From assembly GCF_044324785.1 (NCBI RefSeq), contig NZ_CP172127.1: a stretch of 64,000 bases of DNA; one strand, written 5' to 3'. The notes beneath the pieces were generated by a model, which had not been told where the DNA came from, did not search any database, and saw only the letters and a list, made by a program, of their open reading frames with translations. Made by a program: the position numbers and the translations under genes. Positions 14,580 to 27,231 of the stretch are shown in pieces (position 1 is the first letter of the stretch; each line of letters opens with the position of its first letter). Source of the DNA: Escherichia coli (GTDB taxonomy: Bacteria; Pseudomonadota; Gammaproteobacteria; Enterobacterales; Enterobacteriaceae).

Positions 14580-16229
14580 TTACTGATTTTCCTCAATCAA
14601 CAACGCTTCAAGCAAATCGAGATCGTGCAGTAATTTTTGCAGCGTTTCGTTGCTGATCTCCCGCGTGGCGCGCAGGTGGTACAGTTCAGCACGTTCAGAA
14701 CGCAATGCCGCCAGACGGAAGCGACGCTCAAGGTTCTCTTCCTGCACGGAACTTTCAACGTCGTTACGTCCATCGGCGCGACGACGCAGGTTACCAATGA
14801 CGCGAGAACTGACCTCCGTGAGCAGCTGGTTATCGATATTCTCTTCGGTATCCGCCGCCAGACGCTCCTCCATTTTCTGGATCGCCACAATCGCCACTTC
14901 TGCCGTTGCCGCTCGCGCAATACGTTCCTCTTTCAATTGTTGCGAATGGTCCGCGACTTCAATGTGTTGTAGCAGAATAGGCAACATCACCACGCCGACA
15001 AACAGCGAGAAGAGAATGACACCAGCCGCCAGGAATACCAGCTCATAGCGCGCCGGGAAGACGTTACCATCCGGCAAGAGCAGCGGGATAGAGAGCACAC
15101 CGGCCAGTGTGATCGCCCCACGCACCCCGGCGAAAGACGCGATCAGGATTTCTCGTGTGGTCCACGAACCAAACTCCATCGGCTTCTTCTTCAGGAAGCG
15201 GTTGCTGAACTTTTTCATCGTCCACAGCCAGCCGAAACGGACCAGCATCAGCGCCGCATAAATCAGAATGATATCGGTAAACAGCATCCAGATTTCGACG
15301 TTAGGGTCGATTTCTGCCGCCATCAGCGACGTCTCCAGAATACCCGGCAGCTGCAGACCTAACAGCAGGAATACCATGCCGTTAAAGACAAATTCCAGCA
15401 TCGCCCAGGTGCTGTTTGCGCGCAGGCGCATTGCCAGCGGCGCACGGCGCATCACACCGGAGCGGGTGATGGTCATCCCGGCGGCAACCGCAGCGAGGAT
15501 GCCGGAAACGCCAATATGTTCGGCAATCAGATAAGAAGCGAATGGCAGCAAGAACAGTAGAACAATCTGCGTCGCAGGTTCATCACCGCCCCAGCGGCTG
15601 AGGAATCGCAGCGAGCGACCATACAGCCAGCTCACTACAAAACCGGCGAGAATACCGCCAATGGCCACTTTCATAAATTCGACCGTCGCACCGCCGACGG
15701 TGAAGATCATCGTCCCCATCGCCACTGCTACGGCAAACTTCAACGACACCAGGCCGGAGGCGTCATTCATCAACGCTTCACCCTGCAAAATGCCCATGAT
15801 TTTTTTCGGGATGCGCCCTTCGCCAACAATCCCCGAGAGCGCCACAGCATCGGTCGGAGAAAGCACCGCAGCCAGCGCAAAGGCGGGGATCAGCGGAATG
15901 CCCGGCACCACCCAGTAAATAAGGAAGCCAATGCCGACCACGGTGACCACCACCAGCGCCAGCGCAAGGCCGAAAATCTCTCGACCATGTTCGAGAAATT
16001 CACGGGTCGGCGTTTTCCAGCCATCAGCGAACAGCAACGGCGGGATAAACAAGACTAAAAAGAGTTCAGGATCAAACTCCACATGCAAACCAAACGTCGG
16101 CCACGCCAGTAGCGCACCGATGGCGATTTGCATAAGCGGAAGCGGGATCTGAAAGGGCATGACACGAGTGACCACCCCGGACAGCGAGACCACGAGGGTC
16201 ATTATCAGTATGGTGAAGAAGATTTCCAT
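14580..16229 (-). CDS. yjcE: Na+/H+ exchanger (CPA1 family)
   Basis: 549-aa ORF, polytopic N-terminal transporter domain and charged coiled-coil C-terminal tail. Confidence 0.88.
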   Translation of the reverse strand: MEIFFTILIMTLVVSLSGVVTRVMPFQIPLPLMQIAIGALLAWPTFGLHVEFDPELFLVLFIPPLLFADGWKTPTREFLEHGREIFGLALALVVVTVVGIGFLIYWVVPGIPLIPAFALAAVLSPTDAVALSGIVGEGRIPKKIMGILQGEALMNDASGLVSLKFAVAVAMGTMIFTVGGATVEFMKVAIGGILAGFVVSWLYGRSLRFLSRWGGDEPATQIVLLFLLPFASYLIAEHIGVSGILAAVAAGMTITRSGVMRRAPLAMRLRANSTWAMLEFVFNGMVFLLLGLQLPGILETSLMAAEIDPNVEIWMLFTDIILIYAALMLVRFGWLWTMKKFSNRFLKKKPMEFGSWTTREILIASFAGVRGAITLAGVLSIPLLLPDGNVFPARYELVFLAAGVILFSLFVGVVMLPILLQHIEVADHSQQLKEERIARAATAEVAIVAIQKMEERLAADTEENIDNQLLTEVSSRVIGNLRRRADGRNDVESSVQEENLERRFRLAALRSERAELYHLRATREISNETLQKLLHDLDLLEALLIEENQ

Positions 16230-16379
16230 GCGTTCCCTGTTTGCGATGTTTTTTATGATCTGAGAAAGACGTTATGCCTGAATTCTCATTTTTTCAGAAT
16301 ATCGCAAAAGCTCACACAATGTGCGGAGAAAATAAAAACGGGCAGCCATTGCCACCCGTTTTCAGAATCATATGAAAGA

Positions 16380-17729
16380 TTAGATAGCCCAGCCACCCGC
16401 ATAGAAGGTCACCAGCGCCACAGCGATAACGACCGTACCGATGTTCAACTTGCGCCATTCGCCGGAAACCAGACGACCAATCACCAGAGTCGCGAAGCCG
16501 ATCATGATGCCTGTTACGATGTTACAGGTCAGCACGATGAATACCGCCGTAACCAGACCCGCCATCGCATCAACAAAATCAGCAAAGTCGATTTTCGCCA
16601 CGTTGCTCAGCATCAGCAGGCCAACGTACATCAGCGCCGGAGCCGTTGCATACCCCGGAACGAGGTAGGAGAGCGGAGAGAGGAACAGAATCAGCAGGAA
16701 CAGCACGCCAACGGTGATAGCCGTCAAACCGGTTTTACCGCCCGCCGCCGTACCTGCCGCAGACTCGATGTATACCGCTGCCGGAGCCGCACCCACCAGG
16801 CCAGAGAAAACGCTGCTCATGGAGTCAGTGGTCAGTGCCTTCCCGCCGTCGATAATTTGCCCATCTTTATCCAGCAGGTTCGCCTGGCCGGCGACGGCAC
16901 GGATAGTTCCGGTGGCATCAAATACTGCCGTCATCACCAGCGCCAGAACGCTTGGCAGGACTACAGGATTCAGCGCGCCCATAATATCCAGGCTGCCAAT
17001 CAGTGAATTGCCGTTTTCATCGCTCAATGAAGGCATGGCGAAAACACCGGAGAAATGGACGTTAGGATCGAAGATCAAACCGACAATTGAGATACCGATA
17101 ATGGTCAGCAGAATGCCACCAGGGACTTTCAGTTTTTCCAGGCCGATGATCGCCGCCAGACCTACCAGTGACATAATCACCGGGAAGGTCGCGAAATCAC
17201 CCAGCGCAACGGGCAGACCATCAAGCGGGTTTTTAATCACCAGACCGACACCATTCGCAGCAATCAGCAGCAGGAACAGACCGATACCGATCCCCGTGCC
17301 GTGCGCCACACCGTGCGGCAAGTTGCGCAAAATCCAGCTACGGATACCCGTGGCAGAAATGACCGTAAACAGCACACCCATCAGGAACACGGCACCCAGC
17401 GCGACAGGTACGCTAATATGTTGCCCCAGCACCAGACTGAATGCGGTAAACGCCGTCAGGGAGATGGCGCAACCAATCGCCAACGGCAGATTAGCCCACA
17501 GACCCATCACGATAGAACCGAGTCCGGCAACCAGACAGGTCGCAACGAAAACTGCCGCAGGCGGGAAGCCCGCTTTACCCAACATGCCTGGAACGACGAT
17601 AACCGAGTAGACCATCGCCAGAAACGTTGTTAACCCGGCAACCACTTCCTGACGGACAGTGCTTCCACGTTGTGAAATTTTAAACCAGGCGTCGAGTGAA
17701 CCGCCGGTACGCGCTGATGGCGTAGACAT
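16380..17729 (-). CDS. ghxP: Guanine/hypoxanthine permease (NCS2/AzgA-like)
   Basis: 449-aa polytopic membrane ORF; synonym yjcD. Confidence 0.88.
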   Translation of the reverse strand: MSTPSARTGGSLDAWFKISQRGSTVRQEVVAGLTTFLAMVYSVIVVPGMLGKAGFPPAAVFVATCLVAGLGSIVMGLWANLPLAIGCAISLTAFTAFSLVLGQHISVPVALGAVFLMGVLFTVISATGIRSWILRNLPHGVAHGTGIGIGLFLLLIAANGVGLVIKNPLDGLPVALGDFATFPVIMSLVGLAAIIGLEKLKVPGGILLTIIGISIVGLIFDPNVHFSGVFAMPSLSDENGNSLIGSLDIMGALNPVVLPSVLALVMTAVFDATGTIRAVAGQANLLDKDGQIIDGGKALTTDSMSSVFSGLVGAAPAAVYIESAAGTAAGGKTGLTAITVGVLFLLILFLSPLSYLVPGYATAPALMYVGLLMLSNVAKIDFADFVDAMAGLVTAVFIVLTCNIVTGIMIGFATLVIGRLVSGEWRKLNIGTVVIAVALVTFYAGGWAI

Positions 17730-17843
17730 AAGAAAACATCCCCTGAGAGTTTAATTTTCGTCAAGATGCGTGGCGGACAATCCCCTGCCAGCGAAACGTT
17801 ATCTTCCTGCTCCAGGTTTGCGGCAATTTGGTGCGTCGCAAAA

Positions 17844-18001
17844 AAGCAAACGTTTAGCTCCGCGCATACAAAACGGGTGGTAAAAAAAGCAAACGATTAT
17901 CCGGCGATCATAGCGGCTTTTTCAACCGAAGTTTGCTGCTTTTTTCTCTTTTATTGTCTTGACGATGAAAAACCAGGCAATTGATGCGCAAACGTTATCG
18001 T
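17844..18001. promoter_or_regulatory. Two PurR-box-like sequences upstream of ghxP
   Basis: aagcaaacgtttagct (17844-17859, 12/16 to ACGCAAACGTTTGCGT with perfect GCAAACGTTT core) and gcgcaaacgttatcgt (17986-18001, 13/16); a third partial gcaaacg at about 17889. Confidence 0.4.
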
Positions 18002-18250
18002 CGATGCGCAAGATTGCAGCGTTATCGAGCCGTATACCGTTCTGGATTGCGATAAAAAATCGTCTGAGATGACAAAAATATTGCGGCTAAAAAGTATACT
18101 TTTACACTGGCGAAGAAACGTCGGTGACATACAATTAAAGCATCAACACCAACCGGAACCTCCACCACGTGCTCGAATGAGGTGTGTTGACGTCGGGGGA
18201 AACCCTCCTGTGTACCAGCGGGATAGAGAGAAAGACAAAGACCGGAAAAC

Positions 18251-18284
18251 AAACTAAAGCGCCCTTGTGGCGCTTTAGTTTTGT
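18251..18284. terminator. Bidirectional rho-independent terminator (probable soxR 3'UTR terminator)
   Basis: Perfect 13-bp stem aaactaaagcgcc / ggcgctttagttt with loop cttgt, A-run upstream and T-rich run downstream. Confidence 0.6.
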
Positions 18285-18300
18285 GTTTGCGGATAATTCC

Positions 18301-18440
18301 AAAAGAGCTCGATCTGTCCCCTCGCCCCTTCGGGGAGAGGGTTAGGGTGAGGGGAACAGGCAGCACCAGTGCAAACATTTACCCTCACCCCGGCCCCATA
18401 GTTAACGATGAGTCAGCTTGTCCTTGTGGCGCTTTAGTTT
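18301..18440 (+). ncRNA. ryjA: Small RNA RyjA (placement from recollection of K-12 coordinates relative to soxR)
   Basis: Convergent with and overlapping the 3' end of soxR; region contains GC-rich hairpins (cccctcgcccc/ggggagaggg; gggtgaggg/ccctcaccc). Exact ends not verifiable from sequence alone. Confidence 0.45.
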
Positions 18441-18898
18441 TGTTCATCTTCCAGCAAGCGTGCGCCTGTGCCTTCTTCTCCTAAGCGGTCGCCCGGGTTA
18501 CGCAATGGGCAATCACTGCGCGAAAGGCAGCCACAACCAATACATCCGTCCAGTTCGTCACGCAGCGCCACTAAGGTATGAATGCGCCGATCCAACTCTT
18601 CTCGCCATTGGGACGAAAGCTGTTTCCACTCTTTCGCACTTAATGTATGCCCTTCGGGCAACACGCCAAACGCTTCACGAATGGTCGCCAGCGGAATGCC
18701 AATGCGCTGAGCAATTTTGATGATTGCGACATATCGCAACACATCACGTTTATATCGCCGCTGATTGCCACTATTACGGATACTGCTAATCAACCCTTTG
18801 CTTTCATAGAAATGCAGCGCCGATACCGCCACACCGCTGCGTTTCGCCACTTCGCCGGGGGTTAGCAGCGCTTTAATGCGGGGTAATTTCTTTTCCAT
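18434..18898 (-). CDS. soxR: Redox-sensing MerR-family regulator SoxR ([2Fe-2S])
   Basis: 154 aa; MerR HTH; C-terminal cysteine cluster [17 protein letters not shown]. Confidence 0.95.
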   Translation of the reverse strand: MEKKLPRIKALLTPGEVAKRSGVAVSALHFYESKGLISSIRNSGNQRRYKRDVLRYVAIIKIAQRIGIPLATIREAFGVLPEGHTLSAKEWKQLSSQWREELDRRIHTLVALRDELDGCIGCGCLSRSDCPLRNPGDRLGEEGTGARLLEDEQN

Positions 18899-18905
18899 AA
18901 ATCGC

Positions 18906-18936
18906 TTTACCTCAAGTTAACTTGAGGAATTATACT
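18906..18936 (+). promoter_or_regulatory. soxS promoter with SoxR operator
   Basis: Palindrome cctcaagttaacttgagg (18910-18927) lies between -35-like tttacc and -10 tatact (18931-18936), i.e. in an over-long spacer, the classic SoxR arrangement. Confidence 0.8.
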
Positions 18937-18983
18937 CCCCAACAGATGAATTAACGAACTGAACACTGAAAAGAGGCAGATTT

Positions 18984-19307
18984 ATGTCCCATCAGAAAAT
19001 TATTCAGGATCTTATCGCATGGATTGACGAGCATATTGACCAGCCGCTTAACATTGATGTCGTCGCAAAAAAATCAGGCTATTCAAAGTGGTACTTACAG
19101 CGGATGTTCCGCACGGTGACGCATCAGACACTAGGTGATTACATTCGCCAACGCCGCCTGTTACTGGCCGCCGTTGAGTTGCGCACCACCGAGCGTCCGA
19201 TTTTTGATATCGCAATGGACCTGGGTTATGTCTCGCAGCAGACCTTCTCCCGCGTTTTCCGTCGGCAGTTTGATCGCACACCCAGCGATTATCGCCACCG
19301 CCTGTAG
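18984..19307 (+). CDS. soxS: AraC/XylS-family transcriptional activator SoxS
   Basis: 107 aa with two HTH motifs; divergent from soxR. Confidence 0.95.
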   Translation: MSHQKIIQDLIAWIDEHIDQPLNIDVVAKKSGYSKWYLQRMFRTVTHQTLGDYIRQRRLLLAAVELRTTERPIFDIAMDLGYVSQQTFSRVFRRQFDRTPSDYRHRL

Positions 19308-19312
19308 TTTTA

Positions 19313-20905
19313 TTACCCGCGCGTTAACCCCCGCGCGGGTAATTGCTCCATCCATTGCATAAACACCTGCGGCGGCATCGCCTTCGCAAAGAACCATCCC
19401 TGACAATAGCGCACGCCGCGTTTGCGCAGCCAGTTAACCTGCTCCTCAGTTTCGACGCCTTCAGCGATCGTTTTTAACCCCAGACTGTGCGCCAGCTCGA
19501 TGATGTGTTCCGCAATCAAATGACTGGTTTTGTGGGTGGTCAGCGTCTCAACAAACGATTTATCGATTTTCAAAATATCGACATTCAATGATTTAAGGTT
19601 ATGCAAGTTAGAGTAGCCAATACCAAAATCATCAATTGCCACTTCGTAACCAGCCTGGCGGAAAGCCAGAATAATTGGTGTCATTTTGTCGACATCAAGA
19701 AATGCATGTTCAGTCACTTCAAATTTAATTTGCTGTGGACGCACCGCGTATTGCTCTGTTTTCTGATTGGTTCGCGCTATCAACCGTGACGTATGAAAAT
19801 CGGAGGCCGACAGGTTAATAGAAACATAGCGATCGGCATGTGTTGCCAGGTACGCGCCCAGATCGCGGAAGACATTATCAATAACATAATCAGTTACCTG
19901 TCCGATCATCCCCTCCTTTTCTGCCAGCGGAATAAACTCTGCCGGATTCATTACTTGCCCCTGCTCACCAGGCCAACGTAACAATGCTTCAGCTCCGATA
20001 CATTTTTCTGTTTTGATATCGATTATTGGCTGGTAATAAAGGCAAAGTTGATGTTTTTCGAGGGCGCGTTGCAATTTGCGTTTGGGAGACAAATAGTTTT
20101 GTCGAATACGTAGCCAGAGTAATAACAGAACAAGACTCCCCAAAATACCGGCGGGTAACGCAAAAATAAGATGATTATAAAAATGCGCTATAAGACGTTG
20201 ATATGAAGTCGCAACAATAGCTGCAATCGGGCGTTTTGTCGAATAAACTGTCGCATATAAATAGCCATTTCTTTGTACGATTAAATCATTCAAATGAATC
20301 AGCGGAGAAAACGTTGCTGCCGAGGCCTCGTTGCTTAACGAGAAAAAGGTTTTTGTCACCGTATCATACACACCCCATTGCAATGTCGGATCATCGGACA
20401 TCACTTCACTCCAGAAGAGAGGGTTGATAACCGCCACATAATTTCCCCGCTGCATATAGGTCATTTTATAGCCAGAGAAAAAAGGCGTATCGCGGTAATA
20501 ATAGATAGAAACGTTAGGTTCACGCTTATAATCGGCCGGTGCAATCGTATAGCCGTTTACAGGCGCTATCAGCGATGAGCATAAAAAATGGTTATCACGG
20601 GCATAGATCAATTCATTAATATAAAGATAGCCACGAATAATATTCAACATTCGCTTTTGATGGGCTGGAGTGCAAACTTGCCCCTGATAGCGTTCAGCAG
20701 CATCGCTCACTAAATCTGCCTGGCGAATGACCAGCTCGGATTTATCCAGTGCCAGTTGAGCAAAAGTTTGGAGCTGACTATTCACTTCTGATTTTGCCCA
20801 AAGGAAGGCAATCCATAGCGACAGAATGATGGGAAAGAGAACTAAAAAGATAATGCCCGGCAACGCCAGTAATTGGTGTCGTGCATGATGACTCATTGCT
20901 ATCAA
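19313..20905 (-). CDS. pdeC: c-di-GMP phosphodiesterase, CSS-motif periplasmic domain plus EAL domain
   Basis: 530-aa ORF; N-terminal TM, periplasmic domain, C-terminal EAL domain (EALLRW motif, [10 protein letters not shown]); synonym yjcC. Confidence 0.88.
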
Positions 20906-21324
20906 TTTCCTGCCTGTTTATACCCGGTCATTGCAAGGTGAAAACCCTGGTTACCGACATCTTTAGATAAATCTTACGGTATAAATAGCACTTTTGCCTG
21001 ATTTGAAATTGATACCTTTTTAATGGTCACCTGGATAAAAATAATTCATTGATATTCAAATTAATTTTCTACAGGAATGCAGAGGCGGCGGGAAGATATG
21101 CCCTTAATGCCACTGAAAAACCACATAATCTGTACAGCAATAAAAGTCACGGCCTAATCTGGCTAACAAACAATCAATTGTGATATAGTTCACAAAATTA
21201 ATGAAACAAACAGAGTGTTTCATTTTTGTGTCCTGCAAGCCCCGCGATAGCCAGAGTGTACCACGCCTCCCGTGAACAACGCCGCGCTGTCCAGGGCATC
21301 GGCTCTTTTCAGAGGAATTGTTTG

Positions 21325-21606
21325 ATGGCTACCCTCACCACTGGCGTGGTTCTTCTTCGCTGGCAACTTCTTAGTGCCGTAATGATGTTTCTGGCCAGCA
21401 CGCTCAACATCCGTTTTCGTCGGTCTGATTATGTCGGGCTTGCAGTGATCAGCAGCGGTCTGGGCGTAGTTTCCGCCTGCTGGTTCGCAATGGGGTTGCT
21501 TGGCATCACAATGGCGGATATCACCGCCATCTGGCACAACATCGAGTCGGTGATGATAGAAGAGATGAATCAGACACCGCCACAATGGCCAATGATTTTG
21601 ACTTGA
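21325..21606 (+). CDS. yjcB: Small inner-membrane protein
   Basis: ORF 21226..21606; start set at ATG 21325 (MATLTTGVVLL, 93 aa); two hydrophobic segments. Confidence 0.7.
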   Translation: MATLTTGVVLLRWQLLSAVMMFLASTLNIRFRRSDYVGLAVISSGLGVVSACWFAMGLLGITMADITAIWHNIESVMIEEMNQTPPQWPMILT

Positions 21607-21613
21607 TATGTAG

Positions 21614-21642
21614 AAGCCTCCAAAACGGAGGCTTCTTTTTTA
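21614..21642 (+). terminator. Rho-independent terminator after yjcB
   Basis: gaagcctcc-aaaac-ggaggcttc hairpin followed by tttttt. Confidence 0.8.
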
Positions 21643-21703
21643 CGGCTGGCAGATGTTTTATCATCCACCTTAAAACAATATAACCTATTGTTTTAATGAC
21701 AAA

Positions 21704-22240
21704 TCAGAACGGAATATCGTCATCAAAGTCCATCGGCGGCTCATTAGACGGTGCTGCCGGAGCAGACTGCTGCGGGCGAGACTGCGCGCCGCCGCTGAAC
21801 TGATTGCCGCCCTGCGGCTGCTGAGGCTGACCCCAACCGCCCTGCGGCTGACCACCACCGATATTGCCACCTGCAGGAGCGCCACCACCCTGACGACCAC
21901 CCAACATCTGCATGGTGCCGCCAACGTTCACCACGACTTCTGTGGTGTAGCGATCCTGACCGGATTGATCGGTCCATTTGCGGGTACGCAGCTGACCTTC
22001 GATATAAACCTGAGAACCTTTACGCAGATATTCGCTGGCTACTTCTGCCAGTTTGCCGAACAGCACAACGCGGTGCCATTCAGTCTGCTCTTTCATCTCG
22101 CCGGTCGCTTTATCACGCCAGGATTCGGAAGTAGCCAGCGTAATGTTGGCAACTGCGCCACCATTTGGCATGTAGCGTACTTCCGGGTCCTGACCCAGAT
22201 TACCAACGAGAATAACCTTGTTTACGCCTCTGCTGGCCAT
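21704..22240 (-). CDS. ssb: Single-stranded DNA-binding protein
   Basis: 178 aa; OB-fold N-terminus, Gly/Gln/Pro-rich linker, acidic C-terminal tail DFDDDIPF. Confidence 0.97.
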   Translation of the reverse strand: MASRGVNKVILVGNLGQDPEVRYMPNGGAVANITLATSESWRDKATGEMKEQTEWHRVVLFGKLAEVASEYLRKGSQVYIEGQLRTRKWTDQSGQDRYTTEVVVNVGGTMQMLGGRQGGGAPAGGNIGGGQPQGGWGQPQQPQGGNQFSGGAQSRPQQSAPAAPSNEPPMDFDDDIPF

Positions 22241-22393
22241 GTTCGTGTCTCCTGAAAAAAAATCGTTCTGAATAAGTGTAAACGCGCGATTGTACCATTA
22301 CCAATAGCGCTTTTACTATGTTGTGACCTCGGTTCCGGGAAACAAACCTGGCCAGACATTGTTACACAACACTCCGGGTAATGCATTCCAATA

Positions 22394-22409
22394 CTGTATA
22401 TTCATTCAG
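22394..22409. promoter_or_regulatory. LexA (SOS) box in ssb-uvrA divergent promoter region
   Basis: ctgtatattcattcag matches CTG-N10-CAG SOS operator. Confidence 0.85.
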
Positions 22410-22494
22410 GTCAATTTGTGTCATAATTAACCGTTTGTGATCGCCGGTAGCACCATGCCACCGGGCAAAAAAGCGTTTAATCCGGGAAAGGTGA

Positions 22495-25317
22495 ATGGAT
22501 AAGATCGAAGTTCGGGGCGCCCGCACCCATAATCTCAAAAACATCAACCTCGTTATCCCCCGCGACAAGCTCATTGTCGTGACCGGGCTTTCGGGTTCTG
22601 GCAAATCCTCGCTCGCTTTCGACACCTTATATGCCGAAGGGCAGCGCCGTTACGTTGAATCCCTTTCCGCCTACGCGCGGCAGTTTCTGTCACTGATGGA
22701 AAAGCCGGACGTCGATCATATTGAGGGGCTTTCTCCTGCCATCTCAATTGAGCAGAAATCGACGTCTCATAACCCGCGTTCTACGGTGGGGACAATCACC
22801 GAAATCCACGACTATTTGCGTTTGTTGTTCGCCCGCGTCGGCGAGCCGCGCTGCCCGGACCACGATGTACCGCTGGCGGCGCAAACCGTCAGTCAGATGG
22901 TGGATAACGTGTTGTCCCAGCCGGAAGGTAAACGCCTGATGCTGCTCGCGCCAATCATTAAAGAGCGCAAAGGCGAACACACCAAAACGCTGGAAAATCT
23001 GGCAAGCCAGGGTTACATCCGTGCTCGTATTGATGGCGAAGTCTGCGATCTTTCCGATCCGCCGAAACTGGAACTGCAAAAGAAACATACCATTGAAGTG
23101 GTGGTTGATCGCTTCAAGGTGCGTGACGATCTCACCCAACGTCTGGCAGAGTCGTTTGAAACCGCGCTGGAGCTTTCCGGTGGTACCGCGGTAGTTGCCG
23201 ATATGGACGATCCAAAAGCGGAAGAGCTGCTATTTTCCGCCAACTTCGCCTGCCCAATTTGCGGCTACAGTATGCGTGAACTGGAACCACGCCTGTTTTC
23301 GTTTAACAACCCGGCGGGTGCCTGCCCGACCTGTGACGGCCTTGGCGTACAGCAATATTTCGATCCTGACCGCGTGATCCAGAATCCGGAACTGTCGCTG
23401 GCAGGTGGTGCGATCCGAGGCTGGGATCGCCGCAACTTCTATTACTTCCAGATGCTGAAATCGCTGGCAGATCACTATAAGTTCGACGTCGAAGCGCCGT
23501 GGGGCAGCCTGAGCGCGAACGTGCATAAAGTGGTGTTGTACGGTTCTGGCAAAGAAAACATTGAATTCAAATACATGAACGATCGTGGCGATACCTCCAT
23601 TCGTCGTCATCCGTTCGAAGGCGTGCTGCACAATATGGAGCGCCGTTATAAAGAGACGGAATCTAGTGCGGTACGCGAAGAATTAGCCAAGTTTATCAGC
23701 AATCGCCCGTGCGCCAGCTGCGAAGGGACGCGTCTGCGTCGGGAAGCGCGCCATGTGTATGTCGAGAATACGCCGCTGCCTGCTATCTCCGACATGAGCA
23801 TCGGTCATGCGATGGAATTCTTCAACAATCTCAAACTCGCAGGTCAGCGAGCGAAGATTGCGGAAAAAATCCTTAAAGAGATTGGCGATCGCCTGAAATT
23901 CCTCGTTAACGTCGGCCTGAATTACCTGACACTTTCCCGCTCGGCAGAGACACTTTCTGGCGGTGAAGCCCAGCGTATCCGTCTGGCGAGCCAGATTGGT
24001 GCGGGCCTGGTTGGCGTTATGTACGTGCTGGACGAGCCGTCTATCGGCCTGCACCAGCGCGATAACGAGCGCCTGTTGGGTACGCTTATCCATCTGCGCG
24101 ATCTCGGTAATACCGTGATTGTGGTGGAGCACGACGAAGACGCGATTCGCGCCGCCGACCATGTGATCGACATTGGCCCGGGCGCAGGTGTTCACGGCGG
24201 TGAAGTGGTCGCAGAAGGTCCGCTGGAAGCGATTATGGCGGTGCCGGAGTCGTTGACCGGGCAGTACATGAGCGGTAAACGCAAGATTGAAGTGCCGAAG
24301 AAACGCGTTCCGGCGAATCCGGAAAAAGTGCTGAAGCTGACAGGCGCACGCGGCAACAACCTGAAGGACGTGACGCTGACGCTGCCAGTCGGTCTGTTTA
24401 CCTGCATCACAGGGGTTTCAGGTTCCGGTAAATCGACGCTGATTAACGACACACTGTTCCCGATTGCCCAACGCCAGTTGAATGGTGCGACCATTGCCGA
24501 ACCGGCACCGTATCGCGATATTCAGGGACTGGAGCATTTCGATAAAGTGATCGATATCGACCAAAGCCCAATTGGTCGTACTCCGCGTTCTAACCCGGCG
24601 ACCTATACCGGCGTGTTTACGCCTGTGCGCGAACTGTTTGCGGGCGTACCGGAATCCCGTGCGCGCGGTTATACGCCAGGACGTTTCAGCTTTAACGTCC
24701 GTGGCGGGCGCTGCGAAGCCTGTCAGGGCGACGGCGTGATCAAAGTGGAGATGCACTTCCTGCCGGACATTTACGTACCGTGCGACCAGTGCAAAGGTAA
24801 ACGCTATAACCGTGAAACGTTGGAGATTAAGTACAAAGGCAAAACCATCCACGAAGTGCTGGATATGACCATCGAAGAGGCGCGTGAGTTCTTTGATGCC
24901 GTGCCAGCTCTGGCGCGTAAGCTGCAAACGTTGATGGACGTTGGCCTGACGTACATTCGCCTGGGGCAGTCCGCAACCACACTTTCTGGTGGTGAAGCCC
25001 AGCGCGTGAAGCTGGCGCGTGAGCTGTCAAAACGCGGAACCGGGCAGACGCTGTATATTCTTGATGAGCCGACCACCGGTCTGCACTTCGCCGATATTCA
25101 GCAATTGCTCGACGTACTGCATAAACTGCGCGATCAGGGCAACACCATTGTGGTGATTGAACACAATCTCGACGTGATCAAAACCGCTGACTGGATTGTC
25201 GACCTGGGACCGGAAGGCGGCAGTGGCGGCGGCGAGATCCTCGTCTCCGGTACGCCAGAAACCGTCGCGGAGTGCGAAGCTTCGCATACGGCGCGCTTCC
25301 TCAAGCCGATGCTGTAA
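22495..25317 (+). CDS. uvrA: Excinuclease ABC subunit A
   Basis: 940 aa; two ABC ATPase modules ([18 protein letters not shown]) and zinc-finger CxxC motifs. Confidence 0.98.
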   Translation: MDKIEVRGARTHNLKNINLVIPRDKLIVVTGLSGSGKSSLAFDTLYAEGQRRYVESLSAYARQFLSLMEKPDVDHIEGLSPAISIEQKSTSHNPRSTVGTITEIHDYLRLLFARVGEPRCPDHDVPLAAQTVSQMVDNVLSQPEGKRLMLLAPIIKERKGEHTKTLENLASQGYIRARIDGEVCDLSDPPKLELQKKHTIEVVVDRFKVRDDLTQRLAESFETALELSGGTAVVADMDDPKAEELLFSANFACPICGYSMRELEPRLFSFNNPAGACPTCDGLGVQQYFDPDRVIQNPELSLAGGAIRGWDRRNFYYFQMLKSLADHYKFDVEAPWGSLSANVHKVVLYGSGKENIEFKYMNDRGDTSIRRHPFEGVLHNMERRYKETESSAVREELAKFISNRPCASCEGTRLRREARHVYVENTPLPAISDMSIGHAMEFFNNLKLAGQRAKIAEKILKEIGDRLKFLVNVGLNYLTLSRSAETLSGGEAQRIRLASQIGAGLVGVMYVLDEPSIGLHQRDNERLLGTLIHLRDLGNTVIVVEHDEDAIRAADHVIDIGPGAGVHGGEVVAEGPLEAIMAVPESLTGQYMSGKRKIEVPKKRVPANPEKVLKLTGARGNNLKDVTLTLPVGLFTCITGVSGSGKSTLINDTLFPIAQRQLNGATIAEPAPYRDIQGLEHFDKVIDIDQSPIGRTPRSNPATYTGVFTPVRELFAGVPESRARGYTPGRFSFNVRGGRCEACQGDGVIKVEMHFLPDIYVPCDQCKGKRYNRETLEIKYKGKTIHEVLDMTIEEAREFFDAVPALARKLQTLMDVGLTYIRLGQSATTLSGGEAQRVKLARELSKRGTGQTLYILDEPTTGLHFADIQQLLDVLHKLRDQGNTIVVIEHNLDVIKTADWIVDLGPEGGSGGGEILVSGTPETVAECEASHTARFLKPML

Positions 25318-25322
25318 TCGTT

Positions 25323-25352
25323 AAGGCCGCTTTCTGAGCGGCCTTTTCCTTT
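25323..25352 (+). terminator. Rho-independent terminator after uvrA
   Basis: aaggccgc-tttctga-gcggcctt hairpin followed by T-rich tract. Confidence 0.6.
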
Positions 25353-25708
25353 CAGAGTTGCACCAGCAATTTACGTTTTTCTTCCGGCAGCAAATTCACC
25401 GCCTGCTGATAAGACGCATCCACCAGATAATAGATTTGCGAATCCGGCAGCGAACCGTCGAGATACACGGTGCTCCAGTGCGCTTTATTCAGATGGCGGC
25501 TTGGACGCACATCGCTGTGCTGCTGACGTAGCAGCTCCGCCAGCTCCGGGCTGGTTTTCAGCGAAACCGCCGGGCGATTTTCTACTTCTTTCACCATCGC
25601 AAACAGTACATCTTCCACTTTGATCTGCGTCGCTTTCCAGTCGTTATGCACGCTCTGTTCTGCGCCTGGTTTTGCCATGCAATATTGTAGCAACTCCGAA
25701 ATGGTCAT
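25352..25708 (-). CDS. yjbR: YjbR/MmcQ-family protein of unknown function
   Basis: 118-aa ORF, position conserved downstream of uvrA. Confidence 0.8.
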   Translation of the reverse strand: MTISELLQYCMAKPGAEQSVHNDWKATQIKVEDVLFAMVKEVENRPAVSLKTSPELAELLRQQHSDVRPSRHLNKAHWSTVYLDGSLPDSQIYYLVDASYQQAVNLLPEEKRKLLVQL

Positions 25709-25711
25709 TTT

Positions 25712-26128
25712 TTACTCCCCTTGTAGTGTCGCGATGATGCGACGCGATCCGCCGTGGATGCGATGTTCCCCCAGCCAGATGCCTTGCCAGGTGCCGGTCT
25801 GAATACGCCCTTTATGCACCGGCAATACAAGCGATGTTCCCAGCATTGAGGATTTGATATGAGAAGGCATATCGTCTGCTCCCTCATAGTCATGCTCATA
25901 ATTTCCGTTATCGGGAACGGTGCGGAGGAAAAAACGCTCCATGTCGTGGCGTACGGTGGGATCGCAGTTCTCATTAAGTGTCAGAGAGGCGGAGGTATGT
26001 TGCAGCAACAGATGCAGTAAGCCGATGTTAACGCGCGGCATATCAGCCAGCTGATTCAGAATTTCATCCGTTACCAGATGAAACCCACGAGATTTGGCGC
26101 TAAGCGTGAGCGTCTTTTGATACCACAT
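25712..26128 (-). CDS. yjbQ: YjbQ/UPF0047-family protein
   Basis: 138-aa ORF. Confidence 0.8.
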
Positions 26129-26238
26129 GTGCTGCTCCTTGATAAAACTCTCTTAATCAGTTTGCAGCAAGACAGCGAAAGGATAAAGGTGTGATTAAAA
26201 AAACAGCATTCGGGAGAGTGTCACGCTCTCCCGCTCTG

Positions 26239-27231
<993 letters not shown>

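Noticed and set aside
16128-17610. 292-aa and 298-aa plus-strand ORFs overlapping yjcE 5' end and ghxP
   Set aside because: Antisense to well-supported transporter genes; Pro/Ala/Thr/Arg-rich low-complexity translations.
18022-18378. 118-aa minus-strand ORF over the ryjA / GC-rich hairpin region
   Set aside because: Spans terminator hairpins and a GC-rich structured element; no RBS; better explained as non-coding RNA / terminator sequence.
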